Source of the DNA: Candidatus Bathyarchaeia archaeon
GTDB taxonomy: Archaea; Thermoproteota; Bathyarchaeia; 40CM-2-53-6
NCBI GenBank assembly: GCA_049513715.1
Contig: JBEKVV010000001.1
Coordinates: 32,001-96,000, forward strand
Direction: 5' to 3'
DNA: 64,000 nt
The notes below the pieces were generated by a model. It did no database searches. It was not told the origin of the DNA and saw only the letters and a list, made by a program, of their open reading frames with translations. Numbering within the stretch: the stretch's first letter is position 1; the number at the start of each line of letters is the position of its first letter. Shown here in pieces: positions 41,374 to 51,765 of this stretch. The position numbers and the translations under genes were made by a program.

Positions 41374-41662
41374 TCACCGTATGACCAATGCGCCTTTGAG
41401 GAAGCAGGCGATGGCCGCAATGTCAAATATCCGATCGAAATTAGTGACGAACTGAAGTTCAAACTGAAGAGAGAATACAATCCAGTTGAAGATCGTAGCC
41501 GCAAGCATCGCGGCAAGGCCTAGGGAATACCAGAACAGCACCTTGCCAATCACTGCCGCTGAACCGGCGCCTAGTCCTTATCTGGTAGTAGTTGGCGAGA
41601 AGGATCAGTACGAGGATTATTGCGCCAGTGCCGATGTTGTAAAGTAAATCGAAAGAGAGCAT
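41374..41662 (-). pseudogene. Frameshifted small membrane protein (or sequencing error)
   Basis: ..YQIRTRRRFSGS continues after a shift near 41551 as IGKVLFWYSLGLAAMLAATIFNWIVF..DIAAIACFLKGALVIR*. Confidence 0.65.
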
Positions 41663-41758
41663 GTGAATCCATACTCAAGGAACCGGATAAATGCCTAACG
41701 AATTCCAATTCTTATCGCTTGCAGTTCGTATTCAGCGAGATTGGTACGAATGCGAACG

Positions 41759-42988
41759 CTATTTTGCAGGGTGATGTGTCCTCTTCACCCGCGTTTCACA
41801 GCTGACCCTACCGTTCCTGATGACGTAGAGTGGTTCGGTGTGGTATGTCAAGGCGGTCCTAAGATCCTTGGCGTCAAGAATGACTAGGTTCGCGGCGTTG
41901 CCCCTCACTAGGCCGTAGCCGTCGATACCCATGACTTTGGCTGCGTTCTTGGTGATCATGTCATAGAGTATTTCGCGGTCTTGGTTTGATGTCATCCACA
42001 GTAGGTGGGCCGCGAGGAAGGCGATTTCAAGCATGTTGCACCTACCGTACGGATAGTATGCGTCGTAAACGTCGTCTTGACTGAGCGCCACGGTCACGCC
42101 AGCGTTCAGAAGCTCCTTCACGCGCACATGCAAGGGGCCTGTGTGTGGGTCGGTAACGATTCCAACACCCGCCTTCTTCAGTAGGGCGGCGAACTTTCTG
42201 TGGTAAACATCATTGTACAGCGCCGTTGCCCTAGCATGACAGGCGGTCACTCTTCCCACCCAACCATTCTTAATCGCGGAGGTGGCCAGGTACTCTGTTG
42301 TCCTGAGCTCGGGGTCGCCGGCATCGTCAGTTAGCATCGCTACGTCGGCATCATACTTTTTCGCAATCTCGAATGCAATGTCGATGTGCCTCTTCGAATC
42401 TTCCTCGGTCAATTCTATCCAAGGGATTCCTCCTACCAAATCTGCACCTAGGGCCATTGATTTGTAGAGCAGTTCTTCTGCGCCGGGTTCTCTGATGATT
42501 CCGTCTTGCGGAAAAGCAACTATCTGAATGTCAATCCGGTTCTTGAATTCGTCTTTAGCTTTCAGAAGTGCCTTGACACCGGTTAGTTTTGCTTTGGTGT
42601 CGACGTCGGCGAAGGCTCTGAGGTGGCTTACTCCGTAGTATTCAGCGTCAGTTAGCACGGTCCGAACGCGTTCTAGGATTTCGGATTCTACATAGTGTTC
42701 CTTCACTTTGGATGCGAGTTCAATAGCGGTCATCGCACCGCCCATAGACGACCCTTCGTACTCAGCCAGTACGGCTTCTTCCGCAAACGCGCCAGTCATG
42801 ACCTTATCAAGGTGTAAGTGGGCAACTGCAAAGGATTCAGTTGCTAAGCTACCGTTAGCGTCTATCACCTCCCCTGCTGAGGCGGCGAGATGTTCGCCTA
42901 TAGCGTCGAATCGTCCATCACTGATCGAAATGTCGCATACTTTTCCTGAACGCAATCTCGCGTTTCGGATTAATAGGTCGGGGCTCAT
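41759..42988 (-). CDS. Amidohydrolase-superfamily deaminase (CodA cytosine/creatinine deaminase-like)
   Basis: HLHLDK, IQIVAFPQDG, VGGIP, G.V.ACHA, QD.V.D.YYPYG, ANLVIL. Confidence 0.88.
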   Translation of the reverse strand: MSPDLLIRNARLRSGKVCDISISDGRFDAIGEHLAASAGEVIDANGSLATESFAVAHLHLDKVMTGAFAEEAVLAEYEGSSMGGAMTAIELASKVKEHYVESEILERVRTVLTDAEYYGVSHLRAFADVDTKAKLTGVKALLKAKDEFKNRIDIQIVAFPQDGIIREPGAEELLYKSMALGADLVGGIPWIELTEEDSKRHIDIAFEIAKKYDADVAMLTDDAGDPELRTTEYLATSAIKNGWVGRVTACHARATALYNDVYHRKFAALLKKAGVGIVTDPHTGPLHVRVKELLNAGVTVALSQDDVYDAYYPYGRCNMLEIAFLAAHLLWMTSNQDREILYDMITKNAAKVMGIDGYGLVRGNAANLVILDAKDLRTALTYHTEPLYVIRNGRVSCETRVKRTHHPAK

Positions 42989-43055
42989 ATGCGTCGCACT
43001 CAGCATTGTGCACTTTAGTGTGATGGCCGCATACCGCGTGAAGTAACGAGAAGCC

Positions 43056-43994
43056 TCAATCTTCCCTCTTATATGAGAGCAACAGCGCGGCCGGAGCTCT
43101 CGCCCGTCGGGAGACCGCAACCAAAGCCACTATCGTCAACACGTAAGGAAGCATGAGGAACAATTGGTAAGGTATGTTCCAACCAATTCCTTGCAGTGAC
43201 AGTTGCAACGCGTCTATTCCACCGAACAGTATGGCCCCGGCTAGGACTCTGTATGGCATCCAATTTGCGAAAACAACCAACGCTATACACACCCATCCCC
43301 GCCCTTGGGTAAGCCCTGGGAGGAACATGCCTGACTCACCTAACGAGAGCCAAGCGCCACCGACGGAGCTAAGAACGCCGGCTATGATGAGGCTGATGTA
43401 CCTCATCCTGAACACGTCGATGCCTGCGGACGCGGCAGCACTTGGGTTCTCACCGACAGCTCGCAAAGAAAGACCAAACCTAGTCCTGAAGAGTACGAAA
43501 GCCGAGATGGGGACGAGAATCAACCCCAGGTACGCCAACGCATGCTGGTCGAACAACACCTCGCCTAAGATAGGTATCTGACTCAGGTAAGGAATAGGAA
43601 TCGTGGAGAACGGTTCGACGTGTGGTGGAACACCTCCAACGTTGCCGATGGTTACTCGGTAGATGTAGAAGCTGAAACCTGAGCAGGCAATCGTGAGTCC
43701 GAGACCCGCAACATGTTGTTGGGCACCTATAGTCACTGTGAGGAAGGCCATTATCAGACCCAGCAGGACTCCTGTAACTGCCGCCGCGGCGACGCCCAGC
43801 CAGAGGTTTCCCGTGCTGAATCCAAAGAGAAAGCCTATGCTCGCGCCCATCAGCATCATTCCCTCTATTCCAAGGTTGAGGGTCCCTGCCCGCTCGGAGA
43901 ACGTTTCTCCTATCGTCCCGTAAATCAGGGGCGTAGCCATCCTCAGCGTCATCGCAAGGACGCCGGTGATTAGGGTAGCGTCGAGTAGTGACAA
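43056..43994 (-). CDS. Nucleoside-type ABC permease
   Basis: ERAG.LNLG.EG.ML, RAVGENP.AA..AGI, G.GW..IALV.F, LPY.LT. Confidence 0.93.
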   Translation of the reverse strand: MSLLDATLITGVLAMTLRMATPLIYGTIGETFSERAGTLNLGIEGMMLMGASIGFLFGFSTGNLWLGVAAAAVTGVLLGLIMAFLTVTIGAQQHVAGLGLTIACSGFSFYIYRVTIGNVGGVPPHVEPFSTIPIPYLSQIPILGEVLFDQHALAYLGLILVPISAFVLFRTRFGLSLRAVGENPSAAASAGIDVFRMRYISLIIAGVLSSVGGAWLSLGESGMFLPGLTQGRGWVCIALVVFANWMPYRVLAGAILFGGIDALQLSLQGIGWNIPYQLFLMLPYVLTIVALVAVSRRARAPAALLLSYKRED

Positions 43995-43997
43995 TTA

Positions 43998-45056
43998 TCA
44001 GCGCCTCTTGCCTCTCTTTAGGCTATATTTCGTGAAGAAGATGCCCATCAATAGGCAGAGGAGTATGATTCCTTGTATGCCCTCCGCCAGCGCCCATGGG
44101 ACGCCTGTCGTGCGGTTCATTGCTTGTGTGCCCTGAGTTACGACGGCCATGAGCAAGGATGCTAGCACTACACCAATTGGCGCAAGGCCACCCACCATTG
44201 CAATTACCACACCCGTGTAGCCATATCCGGGTGAGAGGTCAGTTTTCATGTGAAATTCGATCCCTGCCACCTGCCCCACCCCCGCTAGGCCCGCTATCCC
44301 GCCGCTGACAATTGCAGCGAGAATAATTTGTCTCGGGACGTTGATGCCGGCTGCATACGAAGCAGTTTGGTTGCCGCCGATTCCGAGGAGTTCGAATCCC
44401 CATTTTGTTTTCTTGATTATGACATAGAACGCGACTGCAACGAGCAACGCGAGGATTATGCCGAAATGGAATCTGGAGCCCGCAATAAGGATTGGAAATC
44501 TAGTTGTGTCGGAAATTACTGGCGATTCATGCCATCCGGTAACTGGATTCTTCCAAGGGCCGAAGAGAATTGCCTCCACCGCGTAGGTCATGACCCAGTT
44601 ACCAAGCAGGGTCGTCACAACCTCATCCACTTTCAATTTCACCTTGAGAATTGCGGGAATCGCGGCCCAACCTGCTCCTCCCAGAAAACCTACCAGCAAC
44701 ATCACTGGAATCGCTAAGATGGAAGGAATTGATGTTGCGTAGACCGCGAATAGTGATGCGAATAATCCACCTGAGTAGAGTTGTCCTTCTGCTCCGATGT
44801 TCCAAAACTTGCATGTGAACGCAAGTGCGACCGCTAAGCCGCAGAGCAGCAGTGGTGCGAACAACACGAAGGTTTCTGTTATTGCGAGTTTGTTGCCTAG
44901 GGCGCCATACAAGAGCTCGCTGTAGCCGTATAGCGGATTGACTCCACCCACGTATATTGGGACCGCTGAAATGAGCAAAGCAACTAACGTTGATACTACC
45001 GGTGCAGCGATGTTAAGACGCCGTGACGGAAGTAAGCGCTTCTCAACTGTAAACAG
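43998..45056 (-). CDS. Nucleoside-type ABC permease
   Basis: WNIGAEGQ, E.V.TLL.N, G.GY.G..IA..G. The frame is open upstream of the track start (44978) as far as CTG at 45056. Confidence 0.9.
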   Translation of the reverse strand: MFTVEKRLLPSRRLNIAAPVVSTLVALLISAVPIYVGGVNPLYGYSELLYGALGNKLAITETFVLFAPLLLCGLAVALAFTCKFWNIGAEGQLYSGGLFASLFAVYATSIPSILAIPVMLLVGFLGGAGWAAIPAILKVKLKVDEVVTTLLGNWVMTYAVEAILFGPWKNPVTGWHESPVISDTTRFPILIAGSRFHFGIILALLVAVAFYVIIKKTKWGFELLGIGGNQTASYAAGINVPRQIILAAIVSGGIAGLAGVGQVAGIEFHMKTDLSPGYGYTGVVIAMVGGLAPIGVVLASLLMAVVTQGTQAMNRTTGVPWALAEGIQGIILLCLLMGIFFTKYSLKRGKRR

Positions 45057-45065
45057 AGGGAACTA

Positions 45066-46583
45066 TTACACCTCCATTCTCTTGGAACCCGCCATCATCA
45101 TTCCAATATCCTCCAATCTTGCATTTTCGGCTCGAACGATCCCCATGATTTCTCCCTCAAAGATCACGGCGATCCTATCGCTTAGCGAAAAGATCTCGTC
45201 AAGGTCTTCTGAGATGAGCAGGACGCCGCGGCCTTGTGATTGTTCTTCAAGCAATTTGGAGCGTATCTCTTCCGTGGCGCCAACGTCTAATCCTCGCGTG
45301 GGTTGGCAGGCAATTAGTAGCCGCGGGTTCCTTGCAAGTTCGCGTGCCAATATGAGCTTCTGAAGATTACCGCCCGAGAGTGTCTTTGTCGGGTAGTGCA
45401 TGTTGGGGGTTTTAACGCTGAACTCTTTGATTATTCGTGCCGTGTACTCGGAAGCGGTGGCATAATCCAATAAAGGTCCTTTTGAGAAATCTCGATATTC
45501 CTTTAGAACTGCGTTGTTGAGAATGGGGAGATTCATCACCAAGCCAACTCCCACTCGGTCCTCGGGAATGAACCCAACCTTCATGTCGGCCATCTCTCTG
45601 GGGTTCGTGTTCGTTACATCTACGCCACCAACTTTGACGCATCCACCCGTGACTTTTCTGAGGCCGATGAGGACGTCAGCAAGTTCTCTCTGCCCGTTTC
45701 CTGAGACCCCCGCGAGGCCCAGAATTTCACCTTCCCGAACCGTAAATGAGACTTTCTTGAGCGCAGCCAATTTCCTATCATTCAGGGCGGAGACGTCTTG
45801 CACCTCAAGAATCGGCTTCCCGATCTTGGCTGGTGTCTTCGAGAGCCTAAAGATCACTTCCCTGCCCACCATCAAACGGGCGAGCTCTACTTTGCTCGTC
45901 TCTTTCGTCGACACCTCAGCAACTACTTTGCCGAGCCGCAGAACCGAAATCCTATCACTGACGTCCATTACCTCATCGAGTTTGTGACTAATGTAGACGA
46001 TTGATTTTCCTTCATCCTTCATTTTGCGTAGGATTCGAAACAGGTCTTTGATCTCTGGGGGCGTCAACACTGCGGTAGGCTCGTCGAGAATCAGAATGCT
46101 GGCTTCCCTGTAGATTGCTTTCAGGATCTCGACTCGTTGCTGTTCGCCAACGCTCAGTTGCCAAATGTAACTATGCGGGGCAACTTTCAGGCTGTACGCG
46201 TCAGCGAGCTCTTGGATTCGCTCTTGTGCTGAGACCTCGTCTAACACGACCCTGTTAGACTTCAACCCCAAGATTACGTTGTCGACAACATTCATCGCTT
46301 GGACAAGCATGAAGTGTTGATGTATCATCCCAATTCTCATGGCAATGGCGTCTTGGGGAGAGTTAAAGGCAACATGTTTGCCGTCGACTAGGATTTCGCC
46401 TTCGTCGGGCCTGTACATGCCGTAGAGCACGTTCATCAAGGTAGTCTTGCCTGCTCCATTCTCCCCGAGCAGGGCGTGTATCTCGCCACGTCGCAACTGC
46501 AGGTTGACATTGTCGTTGGCTACTACGCCGGGGAACGTCTTTACGATGCCCTTCATCTCTACTACGCATTCTTGAGTGCCCAT
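45066..46583 (-). CDS. Tandem-domain ABC ATPase (nucleoside/sugar type)
   Basis: GENGAGKT, HQHFML, LSVGEQQRVEI, DEPTAVL, LSGGNLQK, PTRGLDVGA. Confidence 0.95.
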   Translation of the reverse strand: MGTQECVVEMKGIVKTFPGVVANDNVNLQLRRGEIHALLGENGAGKTTLMNVLYGMYRPDEGEILVDGKHVAFNSPQDAIAMRIGMIHQHFMLVQAMNVVDNVILGLKSNRVVLDEVSAQERIQELADAYSLKVAPHSYIWQLSVGEQQRVEILKAIYREASILILDEPTAVLTPPEIKDLFRILRKMKDEGKSIVYISHKLDEVMDVSDRISVLRLGKVVAEVSTKETSKVELARLMVGREVIFRLSKTPAKIGKPILEVQDVSALNDRKLAALKKVSFTVREGEILGLAGVSGNGQRELADVLIGLRKVTGGCVKVGGVDVTNTNPREMADMKVGFIPEDRVGVGLVMNLPILNNAVLKEYRDFSKGPLLDYATASEYTARIIKEFSVKTPNMHYPTKTLSGGNLQKLILARELARNPRLLIACQPTRGLDVGATEEIRSKLLEEQSQGRGVLLISEDLDEIFSLSDRIAVIFEGEIMGIVRAENARLEDIGMMMAGSKRMEV

Positions 46584-46607
46584 TCCGCACATCATCCTAC
46601 GCTAAAG

Positions 46608-46633
46608 CAAGAAGAAAAGAAAAATGAAAAAAA
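46608..46633 (-). terminator. T-rich tract after the BMP gene
   Basis: A-rich run on + strand gives oligo-T tracts on - strand, about 30 bp after the stop. Confidence 0.45.
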
Positions 46634-46663
46634 GGTGGAGATTCGCGTTTCTTTACTGCCCCT

Positions 46664-47779
46664 CTAGCCCGATACTGGTTCCGACTCGTCCATTGGGACA
46701 GTAAGGGCTCCAGACATTATCTGGGCCGTGACTGTGTCCACCATCTGTGTGACTCCAGCCTTCTTCATCATCGCAACGATGTCCGGATTTAGTCTTGTTT
46801 CCCAGTCATGCCACGGCGCTAGCATTGCACCGCTCTTCCCCATCATTGAGTAGAATCTGAGATCCTCGGCCACCCATTTCTGTTGCATTACTAGGTCGAT
46901 TTCGTGTTTGACTGTGGGCCACATGTCCCACACGGGGCCTGTTATGACTACGTTGGGTGCTAGTTGCCATTGGTCTTGTAGGCTGCCGAATACAGGAATG
47001 TTTTTCTCCTGTGCTGCCTCGATTCCTCCCTGCCTTTCACTGTATAGAACGTCCGCGCCAGCGTTGATTTCTGCTAGTGCAGCTTCCTTTGCTTTGGGCG
47101 GGTTGAACCATTCACCCATGAATGTGATGAGGACTTTGACATTGGGGTTCACTGACTTTGCTCCATCTTTGAACGCGTTGATGAGTCTGTTGACCTCGGG
47201 GTCGGCTACGCCTCCAACGACTCCGATTATGTTGCTCTTCGTTATGTTGCCTGCAATCATTCCGCACATGTACGCTGGTTCATGAATCCAGTCGTCGAAC
47301 ACGGCCACATTGTCCCCGAAGACGTGGTTGTCTGTTCCGAGAACGAAGTATGTGTTCGGAAAGTCCTTTGCAGCGGCCCGTGCGGTGTCATCTGCTCCGA
47401 ACGCATCAACGAAAATAAGGTTGAAGCCATTCGTAGCAAATTCGCGCATAACTCTTGGTGTGTCGGAGTACAGCACGTTTTCACTCCACTTGTAGGTGAT
47501 TTTGTCTGCGCCGTAGTATTGGATCGAGTAGTTGATGGCTTTGTTTATGACGGAGGTCCAAGGTTCCTCCATGGGAGCATTGCTGATGAAAGCAATTTTG
47601 AGTGCCCCCGCTTGAGTGGACATCATCGTCTCTGATGATGACTCAGTCACAGATGTCATCGGCGTTTGTTTCGGTGTGTATAAGTAAACGCCCGCTCCAA
47701 TTGCAATGACGAGAATAACGATTATTCCTATTCCGATGTACATGTTGTTGCGAGACTTTGGTTTTTGTGTAGAACTCAA
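46664..47779 (-). CDS. BMP-family (purine nucleoside-type) ABC substrate-binding protein
   Basis: N-terminal TM, E..Y..G.IAG.ITKSN.IG.VGG, N.F..GA..VNP, W.NP.KAKE.A, GADV. Confidence 0.92.
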   Translation of the reverse strand: MSSTQKPKSRNNMYIGIGIIVILVIAIGAGVYLYTPKQTPMTSVTESSSETMMSTQAGALKIAFISNAPMEEPWTSVINKAINYSIQYYGADKITYKWSENVLYSDTPRVMREFATNGFNLIFVDAFGADDTARAAAKDFPNTYFVLGTDNHVFGDNVAVFDDWIHEPAYMCGMIAGNITKSNIIGVVGGVADPEVNRLINAFKDGAKSVNPNVKVLITFMGEWFNPPKAKEAALAEINAGADVLYSERQGGIEAAQEKNIPVFGSLQDQWQLAPNVVITGPVWDMWPTVKHEIDLVMQQKWVAEDLRFYSMMGKSGAMLAPWHDWETRLNPDIVAMMKKAGVTQMVDTVTAQIMSGALTVPMDESEPVSG

Positions 47780-47933
47780 GGTATTTTCCCAGACAGGGAG
47801 CTATTCGCAGCACTAATAACAATATGGCCGTGTTTTCTCCTGAGACAGTTACGACTGGAACCTTAAATCGTCTGGAAGTTCGGACACGGTTGCACTGCGG
47901 CTGCTCCGCAGGAAAATCTGGAAGTGATAACGG

Positions 47934-49859
47934 GTGGCAACTATCCCAGGCTATGCGGGCAAAATTCTGCGAGTCAATCTTTCAACGGGAAAAGCTGTTG
48001 TGCGAGAACTGCAAAGAGATTTGGCGTACGATTTCTTGGGCGGGAGCGGTTTCGGAACCAAGATCCTTTGGGACGAAGTGGGGCCGAACGTGGAACCATT
48101 TTCAGGCGATAACCGGCTTGTCTTCGCCGTCGGACCACTGACAGGCACCATCTACCCAACTGCGGGCAGATTTGAGGTTGTAGGCAAGTCGCCTCTCACG
48201 GGCATTTACGGAGACGCCAACTCGGGCGGTCACTTTGCTCCAAAGCTGAAACAGGCAGGCTTCGACGCGGTCGTTTTCCAGGGAAGATCACCCAAACCTG
48301 TCTACTTATTCTTGAACGATGGTAAAGCGGAACTCCGAGACGCCGAGTCCCTGTGGAATCATGGAACAGAGGAAACAGAAAGGATTCTGCGAGAGGAAAT
48401 CGGAGATCCAAGGATAGAAACCGCGTGCATTGGGCAGGCAGGTGAAAACCTTGTCAGGTACGCGGCGGTAATGACACATGGTTGCGCCGCCGCCAGGTCA
48501 GGCCTGGGCGCGTTAATGGGTTTCATGAGACTGAAAGCTATAGCCGCGCAGGGAGACAAGCGCACAGATCCGGCTAAACCACAAGATTTCATCAAAGACA
48601 GCTTGACGGCCCAGAAACAGGTTCTCGGTAACCCCTTCACCCCCGGCCTTTCAAAGTATGGCACCGCTCAACTGGTTGCACCGATGAGCACAGTTGGAAG
48701 ATTCCCAACAAAGAACTTCCAGCAAGGCCACTTCGAGTTCGTAGATGAGATAAGCGCCGAAGAGATCATCGACAAACATTTCATTCGAAGGATCGCCTGC
48801 GCTTCATGCCCTATCGGTTGCCACCACATAGTCCAAGTGAAAGAGGGCAAGTACGCGGGAAGCCCCAACATGGTTATAGAATATGAGTCAATCAACGCCC
48901 TCGGCTCCAGAGTCTGGAACAGAAACCTCCCCTCAATTCTTGAGGCGGATCGACTCTGCGACGACTACGGACTGGACACTATCTCCACAGGGGCATGCAT
49001 AGCCTTCGCCATGGAGCTGCACGAGAAGAACATTCTGACCGGTAATGATACGGACGTAGATCTCACCTGGGGAAACAGTGACTCGGTACTGGAATTAGTT
49101 ACAAGGATTGCCTACCGAAAGGAACTTGGCAACCTACTGGCCGAAGGTGTAAGGCGAGCAGCTGAGAGAATTGGAAAGGGCTCAGAGTATTACGCTATGC
49201 ACATCAAAGGTCAGGAGATTCCTTCACAGGACGGAAGGTCGCAACAGTCGATGGGGCTTGCGCAGGCAACCTCGAGCCGAGGCGCCGACCATCTCAAAGG
49301 ATTTCCAACCATTGATGAGATGGGCTACCCCACTGAGGCCGTCCAACGCTACGGCGACAAATACCTCCCGGAGATAGTTGACGGCATACAAACAAAATAC
49401 AAGGCAATGGTCGTAAAGGACGGCGAAGAGTTCGGGACAGTGATTGATTCAATAGGGATATGCAAGTTTGGAACGTTTTTCCCACCAGCGCTTTACTGGG
49501 ACCGAATAGCCACAGCGCTCACACTGGTCACCGGGTTCGATATCGATGTTCTTAGACTGAAAATGATTGGTGAGCGCATCGTAAACCTTCAGCGAATGTT
49601 CAACGTGCGAGAAGGAATCACACGAAAAGATGATACTCAACCCCGGAGACTCCTCGAAGAAAAGTCGCCCTCTCCAGGACGAGCAAACGGACATGTCGTC
49701 TACCTCAAGCCTATGTTAGACGAATACTACCAGCTGAGGAACTGGGACGTGGAAACGGGCGTCCCCACACACCAGAAACTCCAACAACTTGGCCTAGAGT
49801 ACACCGTACCCGTAGCAGAAAAAATGCGGAAAAGGGAAATCGAAAAGCTACGCGGGTGA
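47934..49859 (+). CDS. Aldehyde ferredoxin oxidoreductase family (tungstopterin) enzyme
   Basis: GY.GKILRVNL, KSPLTG, AARSGLGA.MG, CASCPIGC, EYES, DDYGLD, RGADH, DS.GICKF. Confidence 0.95.
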   Translation: MATIPGYAGKILRVNLSTGKAVVRELQRDLAYDFLGGSGFGTKILWDEVGPNVEPFSGDNRLVFAVGPLTGTIYPTAGRFEVVGKSPLTGIYGDANSGGHFAPKLKQAGFDAVVFQGRSPKPVYLFLNDGKAELRDAESLWNHGTEETERILREEIGDPRIETACIGQAGENLVRYAAVMTHGCAAARSGLGALMGFMRLKAIAAQGDKRTDPAKPQDFIKDSLTAQKQVLGNPFTPGLSKYGTAQLVAPMSTVGRFPTKNFQQGHFEFVDEISAEEIIDKHFIRRIACASCPIGCHHIVQVKEGKYAGSPNMVIEYESINALGSRVWNRNLPSILEADRLCDDYGLDTISTGACIAFAMELHEKNILTGNDTDVDLTWGNSDSVLELVTRIAYRKELGNLLAEGVRRAAERIGKGSEYYAMHIKGQEIPSQDGRSQQSMGLAQATSSRGADHLKGFPTIDEMGYPTEAVQRYGDKYLPEIVDGIQTKYKAMVVKDGEEFGTVIDSIGICKFGTFFPPALYWDRIATALTLVTGFDIDVLRLKMIGERIVNLQRMFNVREGITRKDDTQPRRLLEEKSPSPGRANGHVVYLKPMLDEYYQLRNWDVETGVPTHQKLQQLGLEYTVPVAEKMRKREIEKLRG

Positions 49860-49991
49860 GCCGTTCACCCCTGCAATTCGCGGCCTGTGATTATTGCCTG
49901 AAAGCCACTTAGGGTGTCTCTACCCACCCTGCCTCTGTTGGGTTAGCTATTTCTATGAGTTCCCGTCTACGGTAGGCTCCTGTTTTCCGAG

Positions 49992-51062
49992 ATGGCTATA
50001 GTGGAACAGGCAGCAGCAACCGTAGCGGACTCTCTGATTCAAGAATACGGCGTCAACATCAACGCCACAAAACCCGCGAAACTCAAGAGAACCAAGCTCG
50101 CTGAAAACGTACGAGTCTACGAAGTTGAACACTCGTCTCTCAACGCGTACGTCATTGATACTCCTATGACTCGAACCATAGCGTGCCACCCTCATGTAGT
50201 TGGAGACGAAATCCGGAATCTTACATTGAAAGCTGCTGACCTCAGTCTACCTGCAATGCTCGAACTCGCCGAAATTAAGGGCATTAAGAAGAATGGCGAG
50301 ATTGTGTTCGAGCAAATACTTCGGGCAGCACCCGGGTACCAGCTTCACGAAGCAGCGGCCAAACTGATTCCTGACTCTTTCAAAACAGTATACATCCGGC
50401 CAAGGTACACCCACACATCCTACCGCGACCACGATGGAATGATTCACCGGCAACTAGACGTAGTCTACGAGGACTTTTCGCAACTACCCTCAAACAAGAA
50501 CCTCTTCCTAATAATGCAAGACACAGTAGCGAGCAGCCGCTCTGCAGAAATCAGCATAGAAGCCATGATCGACCGCTGCGAAAAAGTAGGCTCGCGGATT
50601 AGCCTCTGGGTTCTTTATGGGTTCATTTCATTGGAAGGGCTCAAGCTGCTCGAAAAAGTTGCTCAAAAGCATGGGATTCCGTTGGTTGCTTTCGCGATGG
50701 GTAACCTAACTGCCCTGTGCGCAAACAACTACGACATGCCCCTATACGGCGTGGACGAATGGTTGTGGCGTCGGGACCATAGGATCAGCAAGCTCGGCGC
50801 TTTAGTCGATCGAACAACCTTCTCCGAGTACATTCAAGAATTCGTTCCCGGGTCGGATCAACCTGGCGATTGGTCAGCTCGACAAGACCGGCTCTTCACA
50901 GGAACGGGCTACGAAGGCGGCAACATTCAGGGGCACTTGGAGAACAGCATTAGGCTCCTCAATGGTCTACTCGAAATAGGCGGCTTTAATGAGTGGCAGA
51001 AGCTACTCGCACTCAACGAACTCAAATTACTTGAGCAAGAGCTGGCGAAAACCAAACCTTAG
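49992..51062 (+). CDS. Hypothetical protein, divergent type I phosphoribosyltransferase (UPRT-like)
   Basis: ILRAAPG (compare UPRT ILRAG) and LIMQDTVASSRS (compare PRPP loop hhhDPMLATGGS); PG..QPGDW near the C-terminus. Confidence 0.55.
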   Translation: MAIVEQAAATVADSLIQEYGVNINATKPAKLKRTKLAENVRVYEVEHSSLNAYVIDTPMTRTIACHPHVVGDEIRNLTLKAADLSLPAMLELAEIKGIKKNGEIVFEQILRAAPGYQLHEAAAKLIPDSFKTVYIRPRYTHTSYRDHDGMIHRQLDVVYEDFSQLPSNKNLFLIMQDTVASSRSAEISIEAMIDRCEKVGSRISLWVLYGFISLEGLKLLEKVAQKHGIPLVAFAMGNLTALCANNYDMPLYGVDEWLWRRDHRISKLGALVDRTTFSEYIQEFVPGSDQPGDWSARQDRLFTGTGYEGGNIQGHLENSIRLLNGLLEIGGFNEWQKLLALNELKLLEQELAKTKP

Positions 51063-51087
51063 CTTCGAAACCCGTTTAACCTGTCGC

Positions 51088-51540
51088 TCACAGTTTTCCT
51101 ATGTCCTCTTTCCAGATCTCAGGTTTTGTGAGGATGAATTCCTTCATTATCTTCTTGCATTCCTCAATGTTGAGGTCGATTACCTCAACGCCATTTGCCT
51201 CTAAGAACTTCCTTGAGCCAGAGAGATTCTCAGACTCGCCCGCCACCACTCTCTTGATTCCAAATTGCACGACGGCGCCTCCGCACAAGTAGCACGGCAT
51301 GAGCGTCGAGAAGACTGTAGTCCCCTTGTAGCTGCCTACCCTGCCCGCGTTTCGGAGGCACTCAATTTCAGCATGCGCCAGTGGATCGTTCTTTTGCGCC
51401 CGCATATTATGGCCTCTACCGATGATCCTTTCCTCCTTCACCAAGACAGAACCTATAGGAATCCCGCCCTCACGAAGGCCTAGTTTTGCTTCTTCAATCG
51501 CTTCGGCCATGAATCTGCGAAGAGCTCTCTCATCTTCCAT
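51088..51540 (-). CDS. Zn-dependent nucleoside/cytosine deaminase (CDA fold)
   Basis: EGGIPIGSVL, GHN.R.Q, HAE, TL.PCYLC, VV.GE, W.EDIG. Confidence 0.92.
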   Translation of the reverse strand: MEDERALRRFMAEAIEEAKLGLREGGIPIGSVLVKEERIIGRGHNMRAQKNDPLAHAEIECLRNAGRVGSYKGTTVFSTLMPCYLCGGAVVQFGIKRVVAGESENLSGSRKFLEANGVEVIDLNIEECKKIMKEFILTKPEIWKEDIGKL

Positions 51541-51765
51541 GCTGCGCCTATTACCCCTTAGGGAGTTCCGAGAGTTCGACGGAAGGGAATTTCTGCTTTG
51601 GGGTGGACGTGGAGTGCCGCGCAAGGGCGCACTCAACTTGTTGTGAGATCTAATGCCGAGGGGAACGATGCGGGATACTTACCTTACATACTACTTTCTA
51701 AAATAGCAAACCCGCTGAACTGCCCGCGTCTTCTATTACGGATCGCCATCTTTGAGGTGTTCGAT

